From Candidatus Parcubacteria bacterium (GTDB lineage: Bacteria; Patescibacteriota; Minisyncoccia; UBA6257; 2-01-FULL-56-20), in NCBI GenBank assembly GCA_027450205.1, contig DAIDJL010000002.1:205007-269006 (forward strand): 64,000 bases of DNA. Direction: 5' to 3'. Of the stretch, positions 27,792 to 37,769 are shown in pieces. The notes under the pieces are model-generated. The model ran no database searches, had not been told where the DNA came from, and worked only from the letters and a program-made list of their open reading frames with translations. A program made the position numbers and the translations under genes. How positions within the stretch are numbered: position 1 is the stretch's first letter; the number at the start of each line of letters is the position of its first letter.

Positions 27792-28061
27792 ATGAACCAG
27801 ATTATTAAGAAAAAAGCTTTGCGGCGCCTCCAGATTGTGAAAGGCCAAATTAAGGGCCTTGAAAAGATGATCGGTGATGAAAAATATTGTATTGATATTA
27901 TCACGCAATCATCTGCAATCAAGCAAGCACTTTCCGGCGTTGAGGGGTTGCTGCTCGAAAATCACCTCGCCACCCACGTAGCGATGCAGATGAAGGCCGG
28001 GCATGGCAAGAAAGCCGCTGATGAAATATTAAAAGTCTATAAATTATCACAACGAAGATAA
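27792..28061 (+). CDS. csoR: CsoR/RcnR family metal-sensing repressor
   Basis: RRLQIVKGQIKGLEKMI...YCIDIITQ...LENHL. Confidence 0.85.
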   Translation: MNQIIKKKALRRLQIVKGQIKGLEKMIGDEKYCIDIITQSSAIKQALSGVEGLLLENHLATHVAMQMKAGHGKKAADEILKVYKLSQRR

Positions 28062-28816
28062 TGACAAAAAGAATAATTACCTATATCGGGTTATCGCTTG
28101 CAACATTCTCCGTATTTCTTGTCGTGGGAACGGCGAACGCGCAAATGATGGGAGGATATAACGGATCGTACGGTTCTATGATGGGCGGCTGGACTTACCC
28201 GGGCGCGTCTTCAACGACAATGTCCGCAAGCGACACGCAGGCGATCGCGGACGGTAAGGCGCTATACGGGCAGTTGCAAGCAGGGCAGGCGCAGTGCAGC
28301 CAGCTCACGCAGGATAACTATGATCAGCTCGGCGAATATTTTATGGACCAGATGACGGGATCGGGCCACGCGGCGATGGATTCGATGCTCTCATCCATGA
28401 TGGGCCAGCAGGGTGACACGGCGATGCACATCGCGCTCGGCGAACGATATTCGGGCTGCGATCCGAACGCCGCGCTCCCCGCGGGCGCGATGATGGGTTA
28501 TGGCAATTACGACAACGGAGCTTCGTCGACTCCGTATCAAAATAATTTTTTAAACAACATGATGGGATATGGATACGGCGGGTACGGACCCATGGGGTAT
28601 GGCTACGCGGATCCGCTGGGGTGGATCTTCATGCTCCTTTTTTGGGCACTGATCGTCATCGGCGTCATCGTGCTCATTCGCTGGCTTGGCCACGGCAGGC
28701 ATCGGCACGGATGGCATGAACACGGCCATTCGGCGATGGACGTTCTCAAAGAGCGTTACGCGAAGGGCGAGATCGACAAGAGGGAGTTTGAAGAAAAGAA
28801 AAAAGATCTGGAATAA
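28061..28816 (+). CDS. Met/Gly-rich membrane protein with C-terminal SHOCT domain
   Basis: MMG repeats, TM helix, His-rich linker, LKERYAKGEIDKREFEE. Confidence 0.85.
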   Translation: MTKRIITYIGLSLATFSVFLVVGTANAQMMGGYNGSYGSMMGGWTYPGASSTTMSASDTQAIADGKALYGQLQAGQAQCSQLTQDNYDQLGEYFMDQMTGSGHAAMDSMLSSMMGQQGDTAMHIALGERYSGCDPNAALPAGAMMGYGNYDNGASSTPYQNNFLNNMMGYGYGGYGPMGYGYADPLGWIFMLLFWALIVIGVIVLIRWLGHGRHRHGWHEHGHSAMDVLKERYAKGEIDKREFEEKKKDLE

Positions 28817-28820
28817 AAGC

Positions 28821-29234
28821 ATGAAATCGGCGCTCGCAACCATGGTCATCGTAACGGCTGTTCTCGCCCTTGTGGCGGGCGGCTTTGCGATGGCCACTAT
28901 GGGGGCGGGCAATCATACGAATTGTCTTGCGGCGATCCCGGGAAGTCCGGAGTGCGTGAACGGCATGAGCCCGATCCAGTTCGTGGAGATGCACATCAAC
29001 ACCCTCCTCGGCGCTTCACTGGGCATCGTGGGCTCTCTTGCGTTTTCATTTTTTGCATTGCTCGTGGCATTTATGTGGCTTACGATTTCTGCCGCCACAG
29101 ATCCGTTGTTTATGGTTTCGCGTCGGTTAAGTATTATCAGCAACGCAAGGGCGAGCGGCATTGGTAAACAGCGTCATTGGATTTCCCTCCTCGAAAAGCG
29201 CGATCCGTCTCTGTTGTGCGCTATGAACGCCTAA
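28821..29234 (+). CDS. Membrane hypothetical protein
   Basis: Signal, C-x8-C...H, TM helix, LEKRDP end. Confidence 0.65.
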   Translation: MKSALATMVIVTAVLALVAGGFAMATMGAGNHTNCLAAIPGSPECVNGMSPIQFVEMHINTLLGASLGIVGSLAFSFFALLVAFMWLTISAATDPLFMVSRRLSIISNARASGIGKQRHWISLLEKRDPSLLCAMNA

Positions 29235-29317
29235 GCGAACCAGATTCGCCGCGTCGTTTGTAGCGCCCTAAACCGCAGAAATGCGGTTTTTTGGTTCGCA
29301 ATCAATTCACAATTACC

Positions 29318-29809
29318 ATGAACACAAAACCAACGCTGGAAGAATTTCTCAAAAAAATAGCATCAATCAAGGAAAAAGCGGGCGTCGATCTCTCGACGAC
29401 GGAAGATCTGAGCGTCGCCGTCATGAATCTCGTGAGCCTCGAAGAGCACTTTTTCTTTACGGGGGTAAAAATAAATAAAGACGAGTATTTCGATACGGCG
29501 CAAGAGATCAGGGAATTGCGCAAGCAATTCCTCGCTCAGCTTATGCCGGAGAATGAAGGCGAGACGTGGTGCATCGCAAAGCATCTCCTCGCGGCGACCA
29601 TGCGCCTCATCGAGGTCGGGAACAAACTGCAATCGGAAGGAGAAAAGCAGCGGGCGAAGCAAACGTTCGAGGGCGCGTACAAGGTGTATTCGATCTTTTG
29701 GGCGCTGAAATTGAAGCTGGTCACGGGAGGGAAAATAAAAAGGATTGCCAAGGGCAGTCCGCAATTCGAGGATCTCGTCAATAAACTTGCCGCGTGCTGC
29801 GACGAATAG
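29318..29809 (+). CDS. Conserved hypothetical protein ending in CCDE
   Basis: MNLVSLEEH, WCIAKH motifs. Confidence 0.75.
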   Translation: MNTKPTLEEFLKKIASIKEKAGVDLSTTEDLSVAVMNLVSLEEHFFFTGVKINKDEYFDTAQEIRELRKQFLAQLMPENEGETWCIAKHLLAATMRLIEVGNKLQSEGEKQRAKQTFEGAYKVYSIFWALKLKLVTGGKIKRIAKGSPQFEDLVNKLAACCDE

Positions 29810-29812
29810 CTC

Positions 29813-30811
29813 ATGAACAATATGGAACACGAACAACATCAGCACGAATCAGAGCCGACAGATAATCTTCCTTCGGCAGCGGTGGCAAAGAGTGACAAAA
29901 AAGATCTGTTTTTGCCGCTCAGCATTCTTGCGTCCGCGCTGCTTATCGCTTCGGCGTTTGTGTATATCGGCAACCAACGGGAGGCGGGAGGACAAGCTGC
30001 CTTTGTGGCGAAAGGGGTTTCGGCCACGACAACGCGAGAAGTAGCATCCGTTTCCGCGCTTCAAGAAAAAGTGATTCCGGCGAACGGCGTGACGCTGCCT
30101 GCACGTTGGGGAGATTTGGGGAAACAGTTAGTTTCTGCGGGTGTGATCGACGAGTCGCAATTTGAGGCGCTCTATGCGCAGCGCGGCGGATTGCCTCCCG
30201 ATATGAGGGCGCTGCTTGGTAATGCAGACAATGGCAATCTCGTCATCACGCCCCAGAATTCAGGCGTTCTCCTGAACCTTTTGTGGGCGCTTGGCTTGGG
30301 GAATAACAACCCGGTTCTCACGAGCGGCCAGATGCAGAATCCGCAATACGGCGGGGCGAAGAACTTCGCCTCGACGGGCGGTTGGACGCTTTCGGTCGGC
30401 GACGCGATGAGCCACTACAGCGCCCATTCGTTCATAACCCTTACCGCCAATCAGCAGGCCCTCGTCGATCGTGTCGCGCAGAACATTTACCGTCCGTGCT
30501 GCGGCAATTCGACCTACTTCCCGGATTGCAATCATGGCATGGCGATGCTGGGACTCCTCGAGCTCATGGCCTCGCAGGGCGTCTCCGAAACGGATATGTA
30601 CAAGGCCGCGCTCACAGTGAACTCCTACTGGTTCCCAGGCACCTACATGACGCTTGCGACCTACTTCCAAAGCCAAGGCGTTGATTGGGGCGCGGTTGAC
30701 CCGAAGACGGTCCTCGGTGCCGCGTATTCAAGCGCCCAGGGATATCAGCAGATAGAGAACAAAATTATCCCGGTGCAGACGCAATCGTCGGGCGGCTGCG
30801 GGGTGCAGTAA
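29813..30811 (+). CDS. Membrane-anchored Cys/His-motif protein
   Basis: RPCCGNSTYFPDCNHGMA; C-terminal GGCGVQ. Confidence 0.8.
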   Translation: MNNMEHEQHQHESEPTDNLPSAAVAKSDKKDLFLPLSILASALLIASAFVYIGNQREAGGQAAFVAKGVSATTTREVASVSALQEKVIPANGVTLPARWGDLGKQLVSAGVIDESQFEALYAQRGGLPPDMRALLGNADNGNLVITPQNSGVLLNLLWALGLGNNNPVLTSGQMQNPQYGGAKNFASTGGWTLSVGDAMSHYSAHSFITLTANQQALVDRVAQNIYRPCCGNSTYFPDCNHGMAMLGLLELMASQGVSETDMYKAALTVNSYWFPGTYMTLATYFQSQGVDWGAVDPKTVLGAAYSSAQGYQQIENKIIPVQTQSSGGCGVQ

Positions 30812-30827
30812 TCGGGAATGAAAAAGC

Positions 30828-31028
30828 ATGAAACCAACCAATGATAATTTCTGGCTCTTCATCAGCATCGCGCTCTTTGTGATGATCGTCGGCACGGCAT
30901 GGGTTTACGCATTCCGGCCGTTCAGCGCGAACGCGGTGACGCAATCACAGGATAGTGCCACTGCATCGTCGCAAGCCCAGACCGCACCCCCATCCTACGG
31001 CCAAAGCAGCGGCTGCGGGGTGCAATAA
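30828..31028 (+). CDS. Small membrane-anchored protein ending in SGCGVQ
   Basis: TM helix plus tail; tight operon spacing. Confidence 0.65.
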   Translation: MKPTNDNFWLFISIALFVMIVGTAWVYAFRPFSANAVTQSQDSATASSQAQTAPPSYGQSSGCGVQ

Positions 31029-31033
31029 CAATT

Positions 31034-31894
31034 ATGGAACTCCTCATCAGCACATCATTAGTAGCAGCATTCGTGGCGGGCGTGGCGGCATTGTTCGCGC
31101 CGTGCTGCGTCACAGTTCTTCTGCCCTCGTACTTCGGGTCAATCTTTGAGACGCGGAGAAAGGTATTCCTCATGACCTTCATCTTCTTCCTCGGCATCCT
31201 GACCGTATTCTTGCCGCTCGGATTAGGATTTTCGTCATTAAGCACCTTCTTTGGACACTATCACCACGAAATCTTTACGATCGTCGGTTTACTGCTCCTC
31301 GCTTTGGGCATCTCGCTCCTTTTCGGGAAGCGATTGCCCATGCCGTCCTCGTGGAAACCAAAGTTTGAAATGAAGGAAAAGGAAACAGCGGCGTCGGTCT
31401 ATGTCCTCGGCATTTTCTCCGGCATCGCGACGACCTGCTGCGCCCCCGTGCTCGCGGGAGCGCTTGCGCTTTCCGTGCTTCCGGGTTCGTTCACGTGGGG
31501 CATTATCTACACCTTGGCTTACGTGCTCGGCATGGTGACGCCGCTCTTCATCTTGGCCACCGTCATTGATCGTACGCATCTCACGAACCGGCTCTTCGAG
31601 GCACGGAAGCCATTTACGTTCAACTTGTTTGGAAAGGAATTCAAGACACGATTCTCCGACCTCTTGGCGGGCGCGACCTTCACTATTATGGGCGTCTTCA
31701 CGCTCATCTGGGCGGCGAACAACCCGATGGGATACTCGGCCACTGCTGTGGACATCAACATCTTCATTACGCAGGCATTGCAGTCCGCAAACCGATTCAT
31801 CGGATGGGTGCCGCAGTTCGCATGGGCGATCGTCATTGTCGGACTTCTCGCGTGGCTTACGGTAATGGCCACAAAACAAAACAAAGAAAATTAA
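31034..31894 (+). CDS. CcdA/DsbD-family transmembrane thiol-redox protein
   Basis: FAPCC...LPSY and TCCAPVL motifs; multi-TM. Confidence 0.85.
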   Translation: MELLISTSLVAAFVAGVAALFAPCCVTVLLPSYFGSIFETRRKVFLMTFIFFLGILTVFLPLGLGFSSLSTFFGHYHHEIFTIVGLLLLALGISLLFGKRLPMPSSWKPKFEMKEKETAASVYVLGIFSGIATTCCAPVLAGALALSVLPGSFTWGIIYTLAYVLGMVTPLFILATVIDRTHLTNRLFEARKPFTFNLFGKEFKTRFSDLLAGATFTIMGVFTLIWAANNPMGYSATAVDINIFITQALQSANRFIGWVPQFAWAIVIVGLLAWLTVMATKQNKEN

Positions 31895-31913
31895 TCGATA
31901 GAGAAGTAAAAAA

Positions 31914-32540
31914 ATGAAAACATATCAGAAAAAGAACAATACGACAGCAATTGTGGCGATCATCGCTATCGCGGTGTTCGCCATCGGTGGCATCTACATG
32001 CTAAGTCGCGGCAGCGGTGGCCCGCAGACAGGCGGCGACCCCATGCATTCGGGAAGCGCGGCAGCGTCATCGGGATCGCCGAACGATCTTGTCGGCAAGC
32101 CCGCTCCGCAGTTCTCGCTCCAAGACCGGAACGGCACGATCTACACGAACGAAAGCTTGAAAGGAAAGGATGTAGTGCTGTTCTTCAATGAGGGCATCAT
32201 GTGCTATCCGGCATGCTGGAATCAGATGGTGGCGCTCCCGCAGCTCGACAGCTCGAATACCGTCGCACTGTCGGTGGTGATCGATCAGCCAGCGGATTGG
32301 GCCAGCGCAATCCAGAAGATGCCTCAGCTTGCCTCTGCGACGGTGCTCTTTGATACGGACAAGAGCGTATCGAATGAGTACGGCATGCTCACGGTAAATT
32401 CCTCGATGCATTACGGATCGTACCCTGGCCACACATTCGTTCTTATCGACAAGCAAGGCATCGTCCGTTACGTTTTCGATGATCCAAATATGGGCGTCGA
32501 CAACGATAAGGTCGCGAGTGAACTCGCACAGCTGAATTAG
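31914..32540 (+). CDS. Membrane-anchored AhpC/TSA (redoxin) protein
   Basis: GKPAPQFSL, CYPACW, PGHTFVLIDKQG. Confidence 0.85.
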   Translation: MKTYQKKNNTTAIVAIIAIAVFAIGGIYMLSRGSGGPQTGGDPMHSGSAAASSGSPNDLVGKPAPQFSLQDRNGTIYTNESLKGKDVVLFFNEGIMCYPACWNQMVALPQLDSSNTVALSVVIDQPADWASAIQKMPQLASATVLFDTDKSVSNEYGMLTVNSSMHYGSYPGHTFVLIDKQGIVRYVFDDPNMGVDNDKVASELAQLN

Positions 32541-32541
32541 C

Positions 32542-32985
32542 ATGAACCGCACCATCATCACATCGATTGCGAAGGGAGCAGCCGCGACGCTGGTTTTGGT
32601 CGGCGCATATTTCCTGGTCGTTGGCCTTATCTCTGGCGTTGGATTTGCCGCGAGCCAATTCACAAGTTACTGGTACTATCTTGGAAGCCTCGCCGTTGGG
32701 TTCGGTATCCAGATCGGGCTATACAGCTACCTGAAAGCCGCGATCCACGCCAAAGGTCCGAGCGGTAAGATGCTTGCCGTGACGGGGACAACGTCCACGG
32801 GCGCGATGGTCTCCTGCTGCGCCCACTACCTCGTGAACATTTTGCCCGTCTTGGGCGTGAGCGCATTCGCCTCATTTATCGGGGCGTATCAAGTGCAGCT
32901 TTTCTGGGTCGGCATCGCATTCAATCTCGCGGGCATTGCTTACATGATCAGTCGGATCGTGAAATTCAAGAAACAAATTGTATGA
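32542..32985 (+). CDS. Membrane protein with CCAH motif
   Basis: Four TM helices; MVSCCAHY. Confidence 0.75.
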   Translation: MNRTIITSIAKGAAATLVLVGAYFLVVGLISGVGFAASQFTSYWYYLGSLAVGFGIQIGLYSYLKAAIHAKGPSGKMLAVTGTTSTGAMVSCCAHYLVNILPVLGVSAFASFIGAYQVQLFWVGIAFNLAGIAYMISRIVKFKKQIV

Positions 32986-33455
32986 ATACAAAAAACGCAA
33001 TTCTCATTGGACTTGCTGTTCTCGCGGTCATGTTTTTCCTCTATACCTTGAGCGTTCCGCGAGGCACGCCTACGGAATACGGAGGAACGACAAGCCAAAC
33101 GCAGCAATCGTCCGGCAAGGCATCGGCGCCCTACGGATCGCAAACCAATTCCGAGGGTACGGCGGAAGTCGTCGCGCAACCGCGCGCGCCCGGCACCAGC
33201 ACATGGACGTTCAGCTTCGGCATCGACACACACATGGGCAGCCTCGACATGGATATGACGAAAGTGGCCGTGCTGACCGATGATCGCGGTGACTCGCTTG
33301 CACCCATCGCATGGGATGGCCCTGCTGCCGGAGGGCACCACCGCAACGGTACGCTTACGTTCCCTGCGCCATCGTCCACGCCGAAGACGATAACGCTCAC
33401 GGTGAGCAATGTCGGTGGGGTTGCGACAAGGACGTTCACATGGAATGCGCAATAA
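32982..33455 (+). CDS. Secreted protein with DTH/GGHH motifs (possible Cu binding)
   Basis: Signal anchor; IDTHMGSL; GGHHR. Confidence 0.7.
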   Translation: MNTKNAILIGLAVLAVMFFLYTLSVPRGTPTEYGGTTSQTQQSSGKASAPYGSQTNSEGTAEVVAQPRAPGTSTWTFSFGIDTHMGSLDMDMTKVAVLTDDRGDSLAPIAWDGPAAGGHHRNGTLTFPAPSSTPKTITLTVSNVGGVATRTFTWNAQ

Positions 33456-33487
33456 AGGCCGAACAAAGAAATTAACCAAGCAAAAAT

Positions 33488-33808
33488 ATGGAAAATCAAA
33501 ATAATAACACTACTCATGACCATGAAAGTGGCCATAGCTCATCAATGATGTGGATGATGATCGCCTGTTGCGCGGTACCGATTATCGCCATCTTGCTTTT
33601 GGGTGGGGGAGCGGCAGCGTTCGGCGGAACAGCACTCCTGCCGCTCATCGCGCTCGTGCTTCTCGCGGCGTGCGTCATCATGATGATGCGGCATCGGAAG
33701 TCGTCGCACAGTGACGCGCCGCATGATAGTCACGTCGTGGATATTGAGCAATCCTCAAAGGCCGAAACTCATGACGATACAAAGCAGGATCATTCCTGTT
33801 GCCACTAG
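33488..33808 (+). CDS. Small His/Cys/Met-rich membrane protein
   Basis: MMWMMIACC, two TM helices, HSCCH end. Confidence 0.7.
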   Translation: MENQNNNTTHDHESGHSSSMMWMMIACCAVPIIAILLLGGGAAAFGGTALLPLIALVLLAACVIMMMRHRKSSHSDAPHDSHVVDIEQSSKAETHDDTKQDHSCCH

Positions 33809-33812
33809 CTTT

Positions 33813-34454
33813 ATGGACAACGCCTACGGCCTCTGGCCACTCGTCATCATCAATTCTGCCATCTTCATCGTATTCGCATTCAGCTTTACGAAGCCGAAAA
33901 CCCCGCGCGACTGGCGCTCGTTCGGAGCGTTTTCGGCATTCATCGTCGCGCTTTTCACGGAGATGTATGGGTTTCCTCTCACGATCTATCTTCTCTCGGG
34001 GTGGCTTACGAAAGCACTGCCGGGCGTGGATCTCTTAAGTCATAATTCCGGCCATCTTCTTGAAGACTTCTTCGGCTGGGGCGGCGATCCCCACTTCGGG
34101 CCGTTCCATCTCTTGAGCTATGTCCTGATCGGCATAGGAGTCTTTCTCTTGATGGATGCATGGACTGTCCTCTACAAAGCGCAGCGTGAACATACGCTTG
34201 CGACCACCGGGCCGTATGCCCGCATCCGCCATCCGCAGTATGCGGCGTTCATCCTCATCATGCTCGGGTTCCTGTTCCAGTGGCCGACGATCCTCACGCT
34301 CGCCATGTTCCCGGTGCTTGTATGGATGTATATCCATCTTGCGCGGACCGAAGAGCGGGAAGCAAAAGAAGTGTTTGGTGTTACATGGGATATCTACGTG
34401 GCGCGAACGCCCGCATTCATTCCTCGGTGGGGGAGAAATAAATCATCGAAATAA
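33813..34454 (+). CDS. Isoprenylcysteine carboxyl methyltransferase family protein
   Basis: EMYGFPLTIY, GPYARIRHPQY, EE; typical neighbour of Cu ATPases. Confidence 0.88.
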   Translation: MDNAYGLWPLVIINSAIFIVFAFSFTKPKTPRDWRSFGAFSAFIVALFTEMYGFPLTIYLLSGWLTKALPGVDLLSHNSGHLLEDFFGWGGDPHFGPFHLLSYVLIGIGVFLLMDAWTVLYKAQREHTLATTGPYARIRHPQYAAFILIMLGFLFQWPTILTLAMFPVLVWMYIHLARTEEREAKEVFGVTWDIYVARTPAFIPRWGRNKSSK

Positions 34455-34460
34455 AAATCT

Positions 34461-34637
34461 ATGCTCAGAATCTTCAAGAAAAAATGTCCGATTTGCAGGA
34501 TGACGCTCGAAGAAGGGAAGGAATATCCGGAAGGGTTCGGTAAGCGATTCTATTCCGAGAGATGCAAAGATCAATATCGGTTGCTGTTAGATAAACAACA
34601 GCAACCCCGCAGATCCAAAGGCGGCGGATGCTGCTGA
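34461..34637 (+). CDS. Small YHS/TRASH-like metal-binding protein
   Basis: Manual translation of 58 aa: KCPICRM...FYSERC...GGGCC*; below the ORF-track cutoff. Confidence 0.6.
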   Translation: MLRIFKKKCPICRMTLEEGKEYPEGFGKRFYSERCKDQYRLLLDKQQQPRRSKGGGCC

Positions 34638-34649
34638 CCGCATAAAGGT

Positions 34650-35954
34650 ATGCGAGGGCTGCCTGTCTCTCTCGGGTTCGGATTTATCGCGGCCATGGTC
34701 GTAAGTATTCTTTTTATTCCTTACGTGAAGGCGGCGGCAATACAGACTGCGACGAGTACGGGCAGCGATTCTGCACAGGCCCAGCAAATCAGCACGGACA
34801 ACCAGCAGATTGCCACCCTCAATCAAGAGATCGCGACATACCAAGCGCAACTCCAAAAAGTCGGCGCGGACAAGAAGACCCTCCAGTCCGCTATCAATGC
34901 GCTCGATCTTGAGCGAAGCAAGGGACGGGCACAGGTCGCCCTCACTCAAGTGCAGATCAATACCACCCAGGCGCAGATTTGGCAGCTGGGTGGGGAAATG
35001 ACAAAGGCGAAGCAAACGATCGCCACGGATCAGGCGGCGCTCGGGGGATACTTGCGAAGCCTTCAAAAAGCCGATGGTAAGCCGCTCATCGTGCAGATGC
35101 TTTCGTCGGGCAGCCTCGTTGCAGTATGGGATGACATTAATGCGACGTTGAAAATGCAAAATGCCGTCCAAGGCCAAATGCAAACATTACGTATTCAGGA
35201 GGGCAACCTCGCGGATTCGCAGGCTGCGTCGAAACAGAAACAGGAGACGCTCACATCCCAAAAGCAAACGCTCGCATCACAGCAGCAATCGCTCGTCGCG
35301 ACGGAGCAATCGAAAACCCAGCTGCTTGCCGAAACGAAATCACAGGAGGCGATCTACCAGAAATTACTTGCGGCGGCGGAAGCGGAACTCAATAGCTTCT
35401 CGACGTTCACCCAGAATGCCGGTGGTCCAAAACTGCTTGCCGATCAGACGAGTTGCAATGCGTCGGGTTGCTATTACAATCAGCGCGATGTTGCGTGGGG
35501 AAGCGACACGCTTGACGGGACGAAATACACCCTTGCGAGCGCCGGGTGCCTCATCGCATCCGTGGCGATGGTGCTCACCCATTACGGCTACCGCGACGTA
35601 ACGCCCGCGACCATCAATGCGGACCCGGATAATTTTGCCGCGTACTCTCCCGATCTACTGCTCGCGACGATCAGCGTGGATGGCGCGACCGTCACGCGGA
35701 AGGCCGTGAATGTGCGCGGCGCGGCTGTCGCACGCAAGGTCGACGTCATCGACGCGATGCTTGCGACCGGCCATCCGGCGATCGTCGGTATGAACGCCCT
35801 CGGCGGAACACACTTTGTCGTGCTCACGAGTGGGAGCAACGGCGATTACCTCATGCGAGATCCCTACGTGGCGAACGGCAATAATATCAGTTTCTCTTCG
35901 CATTACTCTCTGAAAGAAATATACAGTGTTGCGAGGGTTGTTGTTAGTAATTAG
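34650..35954 (+). CDS. Secreted coiled-coil protein with C39-like peptidase domain
   Basis: Long coiled coil; YNQRD..W, GCLIAS, THFVV, DP. Confidence 0.85.
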   Translation: MRGLPVSLGFGFIAAMVVSILFIPYVKAAAIQTATSTGSDSAQAQQISTDNQQIATLNQEIATYQAQLQKVGADKKTLQSAINALDLERSKGRAQVALTQVQINTTQAQIWQLGGEMTKAKQTIATDQAALGGYLRSLQKADGKPLIVQMLSSGSLVAVWDDINATLKMQNAVQGQMQTLRIQEGNLADSQAASKQKQETLTSQKQTLASQQQSLVATEQSKTQLLAETKSQEAIYQKLLAAAEAELNSFSTFTQNAGGPKLLADQTSCNASGCYYNQRDVAWGSDTLDGTKYTLASAGCLIASVAMVLTHYGYRDVTPATINADPDNFAAYSPDLLLATISVDGATVTRKAVNVRGAAVARKVDVIDAMLATGHPAIVGMNALGGTHFVVLTSGSNGDYLMRDPYVANGNNISFSSHYSLKEIYSVARVVVSN

Positions 35955-35994
35955 TGTTGATCACGAGAGTACATGACGAATAAAAACCGTGATA

Positions 35995-36489
35995 TTATTT
36001 TTTTACGGCGTAAGAGATGACGATCTGGTCATTATCGTGCATCACGGTATTCTCGTAAGTGTCCACCGGACTGCCGTTCACCGTCACGGTGATCGTGTGG
36101 CTCGCATCGACCACGCTGTTGAGAATTTGGTTCTGATTGAATGTTTTGCCCCAGACGGCGAAGAAATCCCCGAGCGTGAAGTCGCGTGCCACCGGGGACT
36201 CGATGTGGATGGTGCCACTGTCGTCGTGAGTGTGGATTGGGTGCATACAGGCCAAACTAATCCCGATATCCGCGGGAATGGTTTGCGTCGCGTTGTTCAC
36301 GACGATCGTGAGATGCGGGTGGATATGGAATCTCGTCAATGGATCGGTCGTACAACTCAATGCCAGTTGCCGCGTCGTGAGCGTGGATGCGGAATGATTG
36401 CCCCAGACTATTAGTCCGACGGCGGCGAGAACGACCCCTCCCGCGATCCACCACCCTGAATATGATTTTTTGTGAGAGTATTTGTTCAT
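35995..36489 (-). CDS. Membrane-anchored His-rich protein
   Basis: HIHPHL, CMHPIHTHD, TLGDFFAVWG. Confidence 0.8.
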   Translation of the reverse strand: MNKYSHKKSYSGWWIAGGVVLAAVGLIVWGNHSASTLTTRQLALSCTTDPLTRFHIHPHLTIVVNNATQTIPADIGISLACMHPIHTHDDSGTIHIESPVARDFTLGDFFAVWGKTFNQNQILNSVVDASHTITVTVNGSPVDTYENTVMHDNDQIVISYAVKK

Positions 36490-36496
36490 GGTTTTG

Positions 36497-37189
36497 TCAT
36501 CCGCAAATGTCCGATGCATCCCAATATGCAGCAATTTTTTGCGCGTCCCATGTGCCATCGATGATCATTTTTTTGGCGATGCCTTCGTTTGTGAAATAGT
36601 GCCAGCACTTGCAGCAGCAGGGCTTTTCTTTCGAGATCGCATATGCCTGGTCATAGATGGCTTGTTGCGCAGGCGTAAGCGTCGTCGCATTATCGTAGTC
36701 AATCCAATATTTTGCCATCGCGATCGGCGTATGCATCGGGTCGAGCGGGATGTTTGGCGTATCCCTAAATGCCTGGAGCTTCTGCAGGTTCGCGTGATAA
36801 TCGACAGTGTCTTTCATCGCACCACAGCATTGGCCGCCCATAAAGAGGCCGGTCGTGCTTGCGAGGGTCGTAGGACCGGCCGCACAGCTCCCTCCTGTCG
36901 TGGGGTTATTACTGAGCAACCCGTCAACGTTCGGGGCGCAGCTTATGATCTGGCTGTCGAGATCGACGAGTTCCGGATCGACGGGCTTTGTGAGGCTTGC
37001 GCTTTGTTGGACGAAGTTCGCTTTACCCGCCGCCGTGGGAATTTTGTCGTAAGCGGCCTGATCTGCGGCAAGTGCGGTGCTGGCGTTTTTGCCACTTCGG
37101 CTTGTTATGACCCACGCGCCTGCGATTACCGCTACTGCAATAATAGCGATAGGGAGCAGTTTATTCTTTTGTTTTTTAATGAGTTTCAT
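36497..37189 (-). CDS. Membrane-anchored Cys-rich protein
   Basis: GGQCCG, PCCCKCWHY, C-terminal DICG. Confidence 0.75.
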   Translation of the reverse strand: MKLIKKQKNKLLPIAIIAVAVIAGAWVITSRSGKNASTALAADQAAYDKIPTAAGKANFVQQSASLTKPVDPELVDLDSQIISCAPNVDGLLSNNPTTGGSCAAGPTTLASTTGLFMGGQCCGAMKDTVDYHANLQKLQAFRDTPNIPLDPMHTPIAMAKYWIDYDNATTLTPAQQAIYDQAYAISKEKPCCCKCWHYFTNEGIAKKMIIDGTWDAQKIAAYWDASDICG

Positions 37190-37199
37190 GGTTGGTAAT

Positions 37200-37766
37200 T
37201 TATTTTTCATTTCGATGTTCGACGGGATCGCATACCTGTGGCGATCCGATCCGTTTGGCGACGAGGACAAGAGAAGTGCCGAGCAGGGCGACGCTTAGGA
37301 TGCCGAACTCGCCCCCGTGAAGCGGAAGGAGGGCGATACCGCCCGAGAGTCCGATTGCGGCAAATATGTTCATCAAGACGAATGATCCGCAGGCAGCGCA
37401 CCCTATCCCGAAAACGCCGCTCACCATGCCGCCCACGCTCGCCGCAACAGCTCCCTGCCGCCACGCGAACGCCCGCTCCTTCATGTAATACGCAATCAAG
37501 GCGATATCGATTCCCAAAAGAATGGCGCTCGCGATCGTTGACGCGGCGGAAAGCGCGCTGAAATTCGTTCCGATGCTCTCCGTAAGGCCGACGAGAAGCT
37601 GCAGCTTGATTGCGAACGGAATCGATTGCGGCATCATCTGTACCACGACGCCGAGATTCGGCAGCCATGTCGCGAACAAGAATGCGCCAACCGCGACGAT
37701 GACGGCAAGCGCGACGTATCGCGGCTTCGTAAATACTTCTTTTATTCCTCGTAACAACACGGACAT
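37200..37766 (-). CDS. Membrane protein with CxxC
   Basis: Multi-TM; GIGCAACG. Confidence 0.8.
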   Translation of the reverse strand: MSVLLRGIKEVFTKPRYVALAVIVAVGAFLFATWLPNLGVVVQMMPQSIPFAIKLQLLVGLTESIGTNFSALSAASTIASAILLGIDIALIAYYMKERAFAWRQGAVAASVGGMVSGVFGIGCAACGSFVLMNIFAAIGLSGGIALLPLHGGEFGILSVALLGTSLVLVAKRIGSPQVCDPVEHRNEK

Positions 37767-37769
37767 AGC